64,000 bases of DNA from Clostridia bacterium (lineage in GTDB: Bacteria > Bacillota > Clostridia > TANB77 > CAG-465), in assembly GCA_051886195.1 (NCBI GenBank), contig JBJEXW010000037.1:7831-71830 (forward strand). Reading direction: 5' to 3'. The notes under the pieces are model-generated. The model made no database searches and was not told where the DNA came from. It saw only the letters and a program-made list of their open reading frames with translations. The translations under genes were made by a program, and so were the position numbers. Shown in pieces: positions 48,390 through 56,807 of the stretch. Each line of letters starts with the position of its first letter. The stretch's first letter is position 1.

Positions 48390-50228
48390 ATGAAAAAAAG
48401 AGCAATTAAGATAATTATTGCATTAATACTATTTATTATATCATTTTGCATAAAATTTAATAATATTTGGATAAATAATATATTATATGTAATTAGCTAT
48501 GTAATAGTTGGATTAGAAATTGTTTTAAAAGCAATTAGAAATATTTTTAGAGGGAAAATTTTTGATGAAAATTTTTTAATGACAGTTGCAACCATTGGAG
48601 CTTTTGGAATTGGAGAGTTTCCTGAAGCTGTTGCTGTTATGTTATTTTACCAAGTTGGAGAATTATTCCAAAGCTTCGCTGTAGATAAATCTAGAAAATC
48701 AATATCAAATCTTATGGATATAAGACCAGATTATGCTAATTTACAAACAGGAGATAATGTTGAAAAAGTTGATCCAGATGAAGTAAATATAGGAGATACA
48801 ATAATTGTAAAGCCCGGTGAAAAGATACCACTTGATGGAGTAGTAATAGAAGGAGATTCAATGCTTGATACAATGGCTTTGACAGGTGAGTCTGTTCCAA
48901 GAGCAGTTAGAAGTGGAAATGAAGTTTTAAGTGGATGCATAAATAAAAATGGATTACTAAAAATAGAAGTAACCAAGGAATATGACGAATCAACAGTAAG
49001 TAAGATATTAGATTTGGTAGAAAATGCTAGTAATAAAAAATCTAAATCTGAAAACTTTATTTCTAAGTTTGCAAAATACTATACTCCAATAGTAGTTATT
49101 ATCGCTGTATTACTTGCAATAGTTCCACCATTTGTATTAGTAGATTCATCATTTTCAGAATGGATATATAGAGCATTATCATTTTTAGTTGTATCTTGTC
49201 CTTGTGCTCTTGTAATATCTATTCCACTTAGCTTTTTTGGTGGAATAGGTGGAGCATCTAAAATGGGAATATTAATAAAAGGAAGTAATTATTTAGAAGC
49301 CTTAGCTAGTACGAGCACTGTTGTCTTAGATAAGACAGGAACATTAACAGAAGGTGTTTTTGAAGTTCAAAGAATTTATCCAGTAAGCATTTCGGAAGAA
49401 GAATTATTAAGGTTTGCAGCTTATGCTGAAAATTTTTCAACACATCCAATAGCTCAATCAATAAAAAATGCTTATGGAAAAGAGATAGAAAATAGTCTAA
49501 TATCTAACACAGAAGAATTAACAGGTCGTGGAATATTTTCAATTATATCTGAAAAAGAAGTATTAATTGGAAATGAAAAATTAATGCAAGAAAAAAGTAT
49601 AAATTTTGAAAAGTGTAATGATATTGGAACAGTAGTATATGTAGCAATAAATAATAATTATGTTGGATATATATTGATATCAGATAAAATTAAAGAAGAT
49701 TCAAAAAAAGCTATTAGTAATTTAAAACAAAATGGAATAAAGACAATAATGCTTACAGGAGATAAAAAAGATGTAGGAGAGGACGTAGCAAGAAAGATTG
49801 GTCTAGATGAAGTGTATACAGAGCTTTTACCAGATGGAAAAGTAAGTATAGTTGAAGAATTTATTCGAAATAAGAATAGTAAAGAAAAAATTGTTTTTGT
49901 TGGAGATGGAATAAATGATGCACCAGTACTTGCTCTTGCAGACATTGGAATGGCAATGGGAGGGCTAGGATCAGATGCTGCAATAGAAGCAGCAGATATT
50001 GTTATTATGACGGATGAGCCTTCAAAAGTATATGAAGCAATTAAGCTTTCGAAGAGAACTATAAGAATAGTAAAAGAAAATATAGTTTTTGCAATAGCTG
50101 TAAAAATTTCTGTTTTAATTCTTAGTGCACTAGGAATTTCAACAATGTGGGAAGCTGTTTTTGCAGATGTAGGTGTTTCAATAATTGCTATAATAAATGC
50201 TTTAAGAGTATTAAAAATAAAAAAATAA
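48390..50228 (+). CDS. cadA: Cd/Zn-type P1B heavy-metal-translocating ATPase lacking an N-terminal HMA domain
   Basis: CPC motif (SCPCALVIS), DKTGTLT, TGD and GDGINDAP. Length is 612 aa. Confidence 0.9.
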   Translation: MKKRAIKIIIALILFIISFCIKFNNIWINNILYVISYVIVGLEIVLKAIRNIFRGKIFDENFLMTVATIGAFGIGEFPEAVAVMLFYQVGELFQSFAVDKSRKSISNLMDIRPDYANLQTGDNVEKVDPDEVNIGDTIIVKPGEKIPLDGVVIEGDSMLDTMALTGESVPRAVRSGNEVLSGCINKNGLLKIEVTKEYDESTVSKILDLVENASNKKSKSENFISKFAKYYTPIVVIIAVLLAIVPPFVLVDSSFSEWIYRALSFLVVSCPCALVISIPLSFFGGIGGASKMGILIKGSNYLEALASTSTVVLDKTGTLTEGVFEVQRIYPVSISEEELLRFAAYAENFSTHPIAQSIKNAYGKEIENSLISNTEELTGRGIFSIISEKEVLIGNEKLMQEKSINFEKCNDIGTVVYVAINNNYVGYILISDKIKEDSKKAISNLKQNGIKTIMLTGDKKDVGEDVARKIGLDEVYTELLPDGKVSIVEEFIRNKNSKEKIVFVGDGINDAPVLALADIGMAMGGLGSDAAIEAADIVIMTDEPSKVYEAIKLSKRTIRIVKENIVFAIAVKISVLILSALGISTMWEAVFADVGVSIIAIINALRVLKIKK

Positions 50229-50234
50229 TATAAA

Positions 50235-50276
50235 AAAGATTAAAGTCTAATATATAGAGATTTTAGTCTTTTTTTA
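50235..50276 (+). terminator. rho-independent terminator
   Basis: Stem AAAGATTAAAGTCT / AGATTTTAGTCTTT (two G-T pairs) followed by a T run. Confidence 0.65.
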
Positions 50277-50334
50277 TAGAAAAAGATATAATTTAATGCT
50301 TATGTGATATAATTAATATGAAAGGATGGTTTGT

Positions 50335-51201
50335 ATGGAAAAATCGAAAGTATATTTTTCAAGAGTAATAACACCAGAAAATGTTGTTGAAATGTTTAAA
50401 ATTTTAAATAAAGATTTGCCCGGAAAAGTAGCAGTTAAAGTACATTCAGGAGAAAAGGGAAATCAAAATTATCTTAGACCAGAATTTATGAAAAAAATAG
50501 TAGACTATGTTAAGGGCACAATAGTAGAATGCAATACTGCATATGAAGGGCAAAGGAATACTACTCAAAAGCACAAAGAATTAATGAAAGAGCATGGGTG
50601 GAATGATTTTTTCGATGTTGACATTATGGATGCAGAAGGAGACGATTTAGAGATAGACATACCAAATGGAAAAGTAATTAAGAAAAATTATTTAGGTAAA
50701 AATATAAAAAATTATGACTCTATGTTAGTAGTATCTCATTTTAAAGGACATCCTATGGGCGGATATGGTGGAGCATTAAAGCAATTATCTATTGGATGTG
50801 CATCCTCTTATGGGAAAGCATATATTCATGGTGCAGGAGAGCCAGAAAAAATATGGACTGCGGATCATGATAAGTTTTTAGAATCAATGGCAGATGCTGC
50901 ATCTTCTGTAGTAAAATATTTTGATGAGAATATAGCATATATAAATATTATGTGCAATATGTCTGTTGATTGTGATTGTTGTGCAAAAGCTGAAGATCCT
51001 TGTATGAAAGATATAGGAATATTATCTTCACTTGATCCAGTTGCATTAGATAAAGCATGTATAGATTTAGTATATAATTCTAAAGATCCAGGAAGAGATC
51101 ATTTAGTTGAGAGAATTGAATCTAGAAATGGAACTCATACAATAGACGAAGCCGAAAAACTTGGAATAGGTAATAAAGAATATGAATTAGTTGAAATATA
51201 A
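50335..51201 (+). CDS. DUF362 domain protein
   Basis: KVYFS..., VAVKVHSGEKGNQNYLRPEF, ECNTAY and SHFKGHPMGGYGGALKQLSIGC follow the DUF362 pattern, with a C-terminal Cys cluster CNMSVDCDCC. The ATG at 50335 follows AAAGGA. Confidence 0.75.
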   Translation: MEKSKVYFSRVITPENVVEMFKILNKDLPGKVAVKVHSGEKGNQNYLRPEFMKKIVDYVKGTIVECNTAYEGQRNTTQKHKELMKEHGWNDFFDVDIMDAEGDDLEIDIPNGKVIKKNYLGKNIKNYDSMLVVSHFKGHPMGGYGGALKQLSIGCASSYGKAYIHGAGEPEKIWTADHDKFLESMADAASSVVKYFDENIAYINIMCNMSVDCDCCAKAEDPCMKDIGILSSLDPVALDKACIDLVYNSKDPGRDHLVERIESRNGTHTIDEAEKLGIGNKEYELVEI

Positions 51202-51254
51202 TAACAACTTGTACCATTTTTCATATATTATATTATGAAAGGAATGATAAAAAT

Positions 51255-51749
51255 ATGAATAATGGTAAAGAATATTACAACAAAAATAAAATGATGTATT
51301 CTTATATGGGATGTTATAATAAAATAAGCCACAATACAAGAAGTTATAATGTAATAGAAGATGAAGGACCAAATCCTTTTGTAACTAATATTGAAGAGGC
51401 GACAAAAGAAAATAAAAATTTTAGAACAACTATATGGACAGGAGATCATTTTCAGATAACTCTTATGAGCATTGATGTAAATGATAGTATTGGACTAGAA
51501 GTACACAATAATGTAGATCAATTTATAAGAATTGAGCAAGGGGTAGGAATTGTCCAAATGGGAGATTCTAAGGATAATTTAGATTTCCAAAAAAAAGTTA
51601 GTGATGGTTTTGCATTTGTAATACCATCTGGAAAATGGCATAATTTAATTAATATTGGAAAAGAACCTATTAAGTTATATTCCATATATGCACCTCCTCA
51701 ACATAACAAAGGTACAGTACATATTAATAAGTCAGATGAAGAACATTAA
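51255..51749 (+). CDS. cupin domain protein
   Basis: Cupin-like GLEVHNNVDQFIRIEQG ... PSGKWHNLINIG motifs, with a Y/N/K-rich ~45-aa N-terminal extension. Confidence 0.65.
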   Translation: MNNGKEYYNKNKMMYSYMGCYNKISHNTRSYNVIEDEGPNPFVTNIEEATKENKNFRTTIWTGDHFQITLMSIDVNDSIGLEVHNNVDQFIRIEQGVGIVQMGDSKDNLDFQKKVSDGFAFVIPSGKWHNLINIGKEPIKLYSIYAPPQHNKGTVHINKSDEEH

Positions 51750-51751
51750 AA

Positions 51752-51782
51752 ATATAGCAAGTGAAAGCTTGCTATATTTTTT
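51752..51782 (+). terminator. rho-independent terminator
   Basis: Stem ATATAGCAAG / CTTGCTATAT followed by a T run. Confidence 0.8.
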
Positions 51783-51928
51783 ATAAAAAGTGTAAAACAC
51801 ACTTGATATTTTAAAATGATATATTAAAATACATGTAAAAGTTAAGTTTACATTAAAAGGGAGTAATAAAGTGAATAATATAAAAAATTAAATGAAAAGC
51901 AAGTTTTTATTTTCGAGGAGGAATAGTT

Positions 51929-52030
51929 ATGAATAAAGTAGTTAAAAGAAAATTAATTGGTTCAATTCTTTGTTTTTTTATAGGTGTTGGAGTAATGATT
52001 AGTTCAACGATTTTCAGTAGAAGTTTATAG
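51929..52030 (+). CDS. unannotated 33-codon hydrophobic small ORF
   Basis: The ATG lies 8 nt after a strong GAGGAGG. The product is MNKVVKRKLIGSILCFFIGVGVMISSTIFSRSL, a basic N-terminus plus one TM helix. It falls below the ORF-track length cutoff. Confidence 0.35.
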   Translation: MNKVVKRKLIGSILCFFIGVGVMISSTIFSRSL

Positions 52031-52145
52031 TTCTTAGAGTAGCAAAAAAATTCATCTAAAGGCCAAGAATTATTGTAGGAATACAACTAATAGTATATGT
52101 TGTAATTTATTTTATTTTGTCTAAAAATATTCATTTTACTACTTC

Positions 52146-52174
52146 TTGCTAATTATTTATATTTGTGATAATAT
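52146..52174 (+). promoter_or_regulatory. sigma-A-type promoter of the hydrogenase gene
   Basis: TTGCTA, 17-nt spacer, TAATAT with a TGa extension, about 30 nt upstream of the ATG at 52205. Confidence 0.45.
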
Positions 52175-52204
52175 CATGATATAAAAGATATTATGGAGGT
52201 AAAT

Positions 52205-53659
52205 ATGAAGAAATATAGATGTACAATATGTGGTCATATATATGATGATGCAAAAGAAAAAGTTAAATTTGAAGATTTACCAGATAGTTGGGTTTGCCCA
52301 TTATGTGGTGTACCAAAAGCACTATTTGAGTTAATTGAAGATACAGAAGAAGAAAATAATACAAATAAATCAAATAAAGTAGAGATAAATGAAAATAATG
52401 TTGCAATTAAAAGAAATGATAAATGTATTAATTGTGGAATGTGTAAAACTACTTGCATAAAAAGAGAGGGAATGGATTTTGAAGATAAAAGTGAGTTATG
52501 CGTAAATTGTGGACAATGTGTTCAGACTTGCCCAGTTAAGGCACTTACTCCTAAAAATGATATGGAAAGATTATTAAACGCTAAAAAAAGTGGAAAGATT
52601 ATTATTGCATATACTTCTCCATCAACTAGAGTAGCTTTTGGTGATATTTTTGGACTTGAAAGTGGAACGTTTACACAAGAAAAGTTGGTGGGCTTCTTAA
52701 AACAATTGGGTTTTGATTATGTACTTGATACTACATTTGCAGCAGATTTGACAATTATGGAAGAAGCAAGTGAGTTAATAGATAGAATAAAAAATAACAA
52801 GACTTTACCAATGTTTACTAGCTGTTGTCCTGCATGGGTAAAATATGCTGAACAATTTTATCCAGAAATACTTGATCATATATCTACATGCAAAAGTCCT
52901 ATAGGAATGATGGGAATGGTTGTTCAAAATTATTTTACAAATATCAAAGAAATAGAGAAAGAAAATATTTATACGGTTGCAATTACTCCTTGTACTGCCA
53001 AAAAATACGAGATAAATAGAGAAGAAATTAATGGTACAGATCTAGTTTTAACTCTATATGAACTTGAAGAATATATACATGAAAAAGGTATAAAATTTGA
53101 GGAGATTAAAGAAGATAACTTTGATACTATTCTTGGTGAAGGAAGTGGAGCAGGAGTTATTTTTGGAAATACAGGTGGAGTTATGGAAGCTGCTTTAAGA
53201 ACCGCATATTATTTATTAACTGGTAATGACTTGAACTCAGAAAATATAGAATTTGATTCTGTAAGAGGATATAATGGACTTAGAGAAACTAATATTAAAA
53301 TAGACAATTTAGAGTTAAAGGTCGCTATTATTGATGGTATGAGTAATGCTAAAAAGGTATTAGAAGATGTTAAAAATGGCAATTTAAAATATCATTATAT
53401 TGAGATTATGAATTGTGTTGGAGGTTGCATAGGTGGAGGCGGTCAACCCAAAATTGACGTCAATAATGAGGAAAAAATAAAAAATAATAGAATATTTAAT
53501 TTGTATAAACGTGATAATAGTACTAAAGTAAGATTTTCTCATAAAAATCCTGATATTATAAAGATATATAAAGATTATTTAAATTCTCCACTAAGTAAAA
53601 TTAGTGAAGACTTACTTCATACTAATTATATTGATAGAAAAAATAACAAAAAATATTAA
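52205..53659 (+). CDS. [FeFe]-hydrogenase with N-terminal rubredoxin domain and two [4Fe-4S] ferredoxin motifs
   Basis: Rubredoxin CTICG...CPLCG. Ferredoxin motifs [11 protein letters not shown] and [13 protein letters not shown]-cluster motifs FTSCCPAW (L1), TPCTAKKYE (L2) and [16 protein letters not shown] (L3). The ATG at 52205 follows GGAGG. Confidence 0.9.
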   Translation: MKKYRCTICGHIYDDAKEKVKFEDLPDSWVCPLCGVPKALFELIEDTEEENNTNKSNKVEINENNVAIKRNDKCINCGMCKTTCIKREGMDFEDKSELCVNCGQCVQTCPVKALTPKNDMERLLNAKKSGKIIIAYTSPSTRVAFGDIFGLESGTFTQEKLVGFLKQLGFDYVLDTTFAADLTIMEEASELIDRIKNNKTLPMFTSCCPAWVKYAEQFYPEILDHISTCKSPIGMMGMVVQNYFTNIKEIEKENIYTVAITPCTAKKYEINREEINGTDLVLTLYELEEYIHEKGIKFEEIKEDNFDTILGEGSGAGVIFGNTGGVMEAALRTAYYLLTGNDLNSENIEFDSVRGYNGLRETNIKIDNLELKVAIIDGMSNAKKVLEDVKNGNLKYHYIEIMNCVGGCIGGGGQPKIDVNNEEKIKNNRIFNLYKRDNSTKVRFSHKNPDIIKIYKDYLNSPLSKISEDLLHTNYIDRKNNKKY

Positions 53660-53806
53660 TGAATATGAAAAGACTGCAGAGCATAACTATAAAGATAGTT
53701 TATATTGGGTTTTATATAATGTTGAAATAAATGAAGAAAACTTTATTTCAGATAATGTATTTATCTTAGCTGTTATTAATTAGAATGTTAAGGAGAAGTT
53801 ATTAAA

Positions 53807-54037
53807 ATGAAAAAAGATAGAATTATAGATACAATATTTATTTTAATTGGAATAATAGGATTTATAGAATTTAGCTTCATTAGAGGATTATTTACTGGTC
53901 CAGTTGTAATGTGCATTTGTAGTATTACAGGAATAATTGCTGTTATTTATAATATTGTAAAGAAAGATTATCGAACTTCTGTTATTTATGCATTACTATT
54001 TTTAACTCTTTTCTTCGGATATTATAATATAATGTAA
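53807..54037 (+). CDS. small membrane protein (two or three TM helices)
   Basis: 76 aa, RBS AAGGAGAAG, hydrophobic throughout. Confidence 0.5.
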   Translation: MKKDRIIDTIFILIGIIGFIEFSFIRGLFTGPVVMCICSITGIIAVIYNIVKKDYRTSVIYALLFLTLFFGYYNIM

Positions 54038-54067
54038 TAAAAGATTAAATTGAAGAGGAATTGTAAA

Positions 54068-54334
54068 ATGGAAAATATTAATAAAATTATAAAAAATGTA
54101 AATGAAGATAATGTAGATAGTATAAATTGGACTAATGCTTGGAGCAAAAAATATCCAGTATTGGCTAATTATCAAAATGAAGTAGATATTGAAAAATATT
54201 CTTCTCAGATAAGAAAAATGCTAGAGGAATTGAAAGTACAATATAAATATAGTGAACTAGATGCAATGCTTGTTTTAAAAGATATTTTGTATCATGAATG
54301 GAAAGATAAAAAAACGGAGAAACAAAATGATTAG
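54068..54334 (+). CDS. hypothetical small acidic protein
   Basis: 88 aa. The ATG at 54068 lies 7 nt after GAAGAGGAA. No motif recognised. It overlaps the next gene by 8 nt. Confidence 0.45.
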   Translation: MENINKIIKNVNEDNVDSINWTNAWSKKYPVLANYQNEVDIEKYSSQIRKMLEELKVQYKYSELDAMLVLKDILYHEWKDKKTEKQND

Positions 54335-54752
54335 AAAAATTAAAATGGAAGATATAAATGAAATAATGAAAATTTGGCTTGATACAAATTTAAAAGCACA
54401 TTATTTTATATCTGAATCATATTGGAAAAATAATTATAGCAAAGTAAAAGAAGGAATTTTATCTGCAAAAGTTTATGTTTATGAAGTAAAAGGACAAGTA
54501 GTTGGTTTTATTGGAATAATAGATGGATATATAGCAGGAATATTTGTAAAAGAAAGTATGCAACATCAAGGAATTGGAAAAAAATTAATTAATAAATGTA
54601 AGGAAAAATATGAAGAATTAACTTTAAGTGTATATGAAAAAAATAATTTAGCTATTAACTTCTATAAAGCAGAAGGATTTAATATAGAAAGTAAAAGAAT
54701 AGATAAATATACTAATGAAAAAGAGCTAATTATGAAATGGACTAAATTATGA
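54327..54752 (+). CDS. GNAT-family N-acetyltransferase (YjaB-like)
   Basis: IFVKESMQHQGIGKKLI acetyl-CoA pocket motif and NLAINFYKAEGF. The ATG at 54327 follows ACGGAGAA. Confidence 0.75.
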   Translation: MIRKIKMEDINEIMKIWLDTNLKAHYFISESYWKNNYSKVKEGILSAKVYVYEVKGQVVGFIGIIDGYIAGIFVKESMQHQGIGKKLINKCKEKYEELTLSVYEKNNLAINFYKAEGFNIESKRIDKYTNEKELIMKWTKL

Positions 54753-54815
54753 TTTGCTTTGGTACAAAGAAGTATAAAGAGGATAAATAAAATTTCTATT
54801 ATTAGGAGAGAAAAA

Positions 54816-55469
54816 ATGAATATAAATGTTAATGATGTAAATATTTTTTATGAAGAATATGGTAAAGGGCAGCCAATAATATTACTTCATGGAAATAGTG
54901 AGACACATGAAATTTTTGATAAGTTGATTGAACAATTAAAAGAAAATTACAAAGTATACGCTATTGATAGTCGTTGTCATGGAAAAAGTGAAAATACGAA
55001 TAAAATATCATATGATTTAATGAGTGATGATATTATTTCTTTTATTAAAGTATTAAAAATTGAAAAGCCTATATTATATGGTTTTAGTGATGGAGGTATA
55101 ATAGGAATACTTGTTGCTATTAAAGAACCAGATATATTATCTAAGCTCATAGTAAGTGGTGCAAATATTAATCCTGATGGAATGAAAAAAACTATGCTAA
55201 TTATATCTAAAATTGTATATTTTGTTACAAAAAATAAATTATTTAGAATGATGGTAAAAGAGCCTAATATTTCTATAGAAGAATTAAATAAAATAAAAGT
55301 ACCTACTATTGTGATTGCTGGACAAAAGGATGTTATAAAAAGGGAACATACTGAAATGATTGCTAAGAATATACCAAATAGCATACTAGATATTATTCCA
55401 AATGAGAATCATGGTAGTTATATAATTCATAGTGAAAAATTAATTAATATTTTAAAAAAATATATATAG
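54816..55469 (+). CDS. alpha/beta hydrolase
   Basis: HG oxyanion motif (ILLHGNSE) and nucleophile elbow GFSDGG. The ATG at 54816 follows AGGAGAG. Confidence 0.8.
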   Translation: MNINVNDVNIFYEEYGKGQPIILLHGNSETHEIFDKLIEQLKENYKVYAIDSRCHGKSENTNKISYDLMSDDIISFIKVLKIEKPILYGFSDGGIIGILVAIKEPDILSKLIVSGANINPDGMKKTMLIISKIVYFVTKNKLFRMMVKEPNISIEELNKIKVPTIVIAGQKDVIKREHTEMIAKNIPNSILDIIPNENHGSYIIHSEKLINILKKYI

Positions 55470-55516
55470 AGTATAATAGTAAAATAATATAAAAATAATT
55501 ATTTATAAAAAAACTA

Positions 55517-55547
55517 TTGACTCTCCCCTTAGAGTATATTGTATAAA
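55517..55547 (+). promoter_or_regulatory. MerR-type promoter with 19-nt spacer
   Basis: TTGACT (55517-55522), 19-nt spacer containing ACTCT-cccctt-AGAGT dyad symmetry, TATAAA (55542-55547). Confidence 0.65.
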
Positions 55548-55566
55548 TAAGTTAGGAGGCAGAATA

Positions 55567-56367
55567 ATGTATAAAATTGGAGAATTTTCCGCACTTTCAA
55601 AAACAACGATAAAAACATTAAGATATTATGAAAAAGAAAAATTACTTATACCTGCTTATATAGACAAATATACTGGATATAGATATTACGAAACAAAGCA
55701 ATTAATAGAATTATCTAAAATAATATCTTTAAGACAAATAGGCTTATCTATTAAAGATATAAAAAGGGTTCAAGATGGTTGGAACATGAAAGAGTTGCTG
55801 GAGAAGAGAAAAAATGAAATTGAGGAAAATATTAATACGTACAATATTGAGCTTTCAAAGATAAATTATTTATTGGAGGGGAAAAACATGAATAATGAAA
55901 TTATTTTTAAAGAATTACCAGGTTGTATTGTATATTATAAGGAAGGAGTTATAAAAGATTATAGTGAAATTGTAAACTTTATTTTATCATCAGGGGATGA
56001 ATGTTTAGCAGAAAATCCTAATATAAAATGTGTTACACCAGATTACTGTTTTGTTAATTATTTAGATGGAGAGTTTAAAGAAAAAAATATTAAAATTAGA
56101 TATGCTCAAGCGGTAACTGAAATGGGAAAAGAAAATAAAACAATTAAATTTATGGAGCTTAAACCAGTTAATGCAGTCTGCATTTATCATAAAGGTGCCT
56201 ATGAAAATTTAGGAAAATCATATAGCATTATTATGAAATACATAGAAGAAAACAATTATGAAATAATAGATTTTCCAAGAGAATGTTATATTGATGGAAT
56301 GTGGAACAAAGATAATGTTGAAGAATGGCTAACAGAAATACAAGTTCCAGTTAAGAAAAAGAAATAA
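55567..56367 (+). CDS. MerR-family regulator with GyrI-like effector-binding domain (BmrR-like)
   Basis: N-terminal MYKIGEFSALSKTTIKTLRYYEKEKLL HTH, a coiled-coil linker, and a ~150-aa C-terminal GyrI-like domain. Confidence 0.85.
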   Translation: MYKIGEFSALSKTTIKTLRYYEKEKLLIPAYIDKYTGYRYYETKQLIELSKIISLRQIGLSIKDIKRVQDGWNMKELLEKRKNEIEENINTYNIELSKINYLLEGKNMNNEIIFKELPGCIVYYKEGVIKDYSEIVNFILSSGDECLAENPNIKCVTPDYCFVNYLDGEFKEKNIKIRYAQAVTEMGKENKTIKFMELKPVNAVCIYHKGAYENLGKSYSIIMKYIEENNYEIIDFPRECYIDGMWNKDNVEEWLTEIQVPVKKKK

Positions 56368-56377
56368 TATAAATCTT

Positions 56378-56430
56378 ACCTCAAAATTTGAAATTAAAAT
56401 TCAAAACTTTTGAGGTGATTTTTTTCTTTT
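56378..56430 (+). terminator. rho-independent terminator
   Basis: Outer stem ACCTCAAAA / TTTTGAGGT with internal pairing, followed by GATTTTTTTCTTTTTT. Confidence 0.7.
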
Positions 56431-56432
56431 TT

Positions 56433-56460
56433 AGCTATTTAGAACAAATTCTAAATAGCT
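56433..56460 (+). promoter_or_regulatory. perfect 12-4-12 palindrome, candidate operator 1 of the SdpR-like repressor
   Basis: AGCTATTTAGAA-CAAA-TTCTAAATAGCT, ending 1 nt before the -35 element. Confidence 0.6.
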
Positions 56461-56461
56461 A

Positions 56462-56490
56462 TTGACAGAGATGAAAATATAATATATAAT
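56462..56490 (+). promoter_or_regulatory. sigma-A-type promoter of the sdpR/sdpI-like operon
   Basis: TTGACA (56462-56467), 17-nt spacer, TATAAT (56485-56490). Confidence 0.6.
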
Positions 56491-56514
56491 CTATTTAGAA
56501 AAAGTTCTAAATAG
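56491..56514 (+). promoter_or_regulatory. perfect 10-4-10 palindrome, candidate operator 2
   Basis: CTATTTAGAA-AAAG-TTCTAAATAG, starting immediately after the -10. It has the same half-site as operator 1. Confidence 0.6.
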
Positions 56515-56528
56515 AAAGAAGGGATTAT

Positions 56529-56807
56529 ATGGGAATGTCTGAGACTTTAAAAGCGATATCTGATCCTATTAGACGAGATATACTTGCAATGCTTAAAGAT
56601 GGTAAAAAGACAGCAGGAGAGATATCAGATTCTTTTGAACTAACAGGCGCTACAATTTCATATCATTTATCTTTACTCAAAAAAGCCGGATTAATTGTAG
56701 AAACTAAGTATAAAAACTATATTTATTACGAATTAAATATATCGGTTTTTGAAGAAGTTTTAATCTGGATAAAAGGATTAGGAGGCAATTTAAATGAAAA
56801 AGATTAA
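56529..56807 (+). CDS. ArsR-family transcriptional repressor (SdpR-like)
   Basis: LKAISDPIRRDILAML...TGATISYHLSLLKKAGLI wHTH. Length is 92 aa. Confidence 0.8.
   Translation: MGMSETLKAISDPIRRDILAMLKDGKKTAGEISDSFELTGATISYHLSLLKKAGLIVETKYKNYIYYELNISVFEEVLIWIKGLGGNLNEKD

Noticed and set aside
48377-48392. Considered annotating HMA plus cadA as a single pseudogene disrupted by a nonsense mutation
   Set aside because: The two ORFs are in different frames and separated by several stops. The ATPase has an intact N-terminus and its own ATG. Both genes are kept as separate, and the issue is raised as a finding instead.
51187-51449. Two overlapping minus-strand ORFs of 61 and 73 aa
   Set aside because: They are antisense to the DUF362/cupin junction, with no RBS and a low-complexity translation.
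53658-53783. 41-codon open frame ([42 protein letters not shown]) directly after the hydrogenase stop, reachable by a 1-nt change in the A6 run at 53646-53651
   Set aside because: It has no start codon or RBS. The hydrogenase already ends at the position expected from CpI-type C-termini (..[10 protein letters not shown]..). An open frame of this length can arise by chance. It would only be worth revisiting if relatives show a longer hydrogenase.
54977-55384. 135-aa minus-strand ORF
   Set aside because: It is antisense to the alpha/beta hydrolase gene, which has clear HG and GxSxG motifs. Its hydrophobic low-complexity translation is typical of AT-rich antisense frames.
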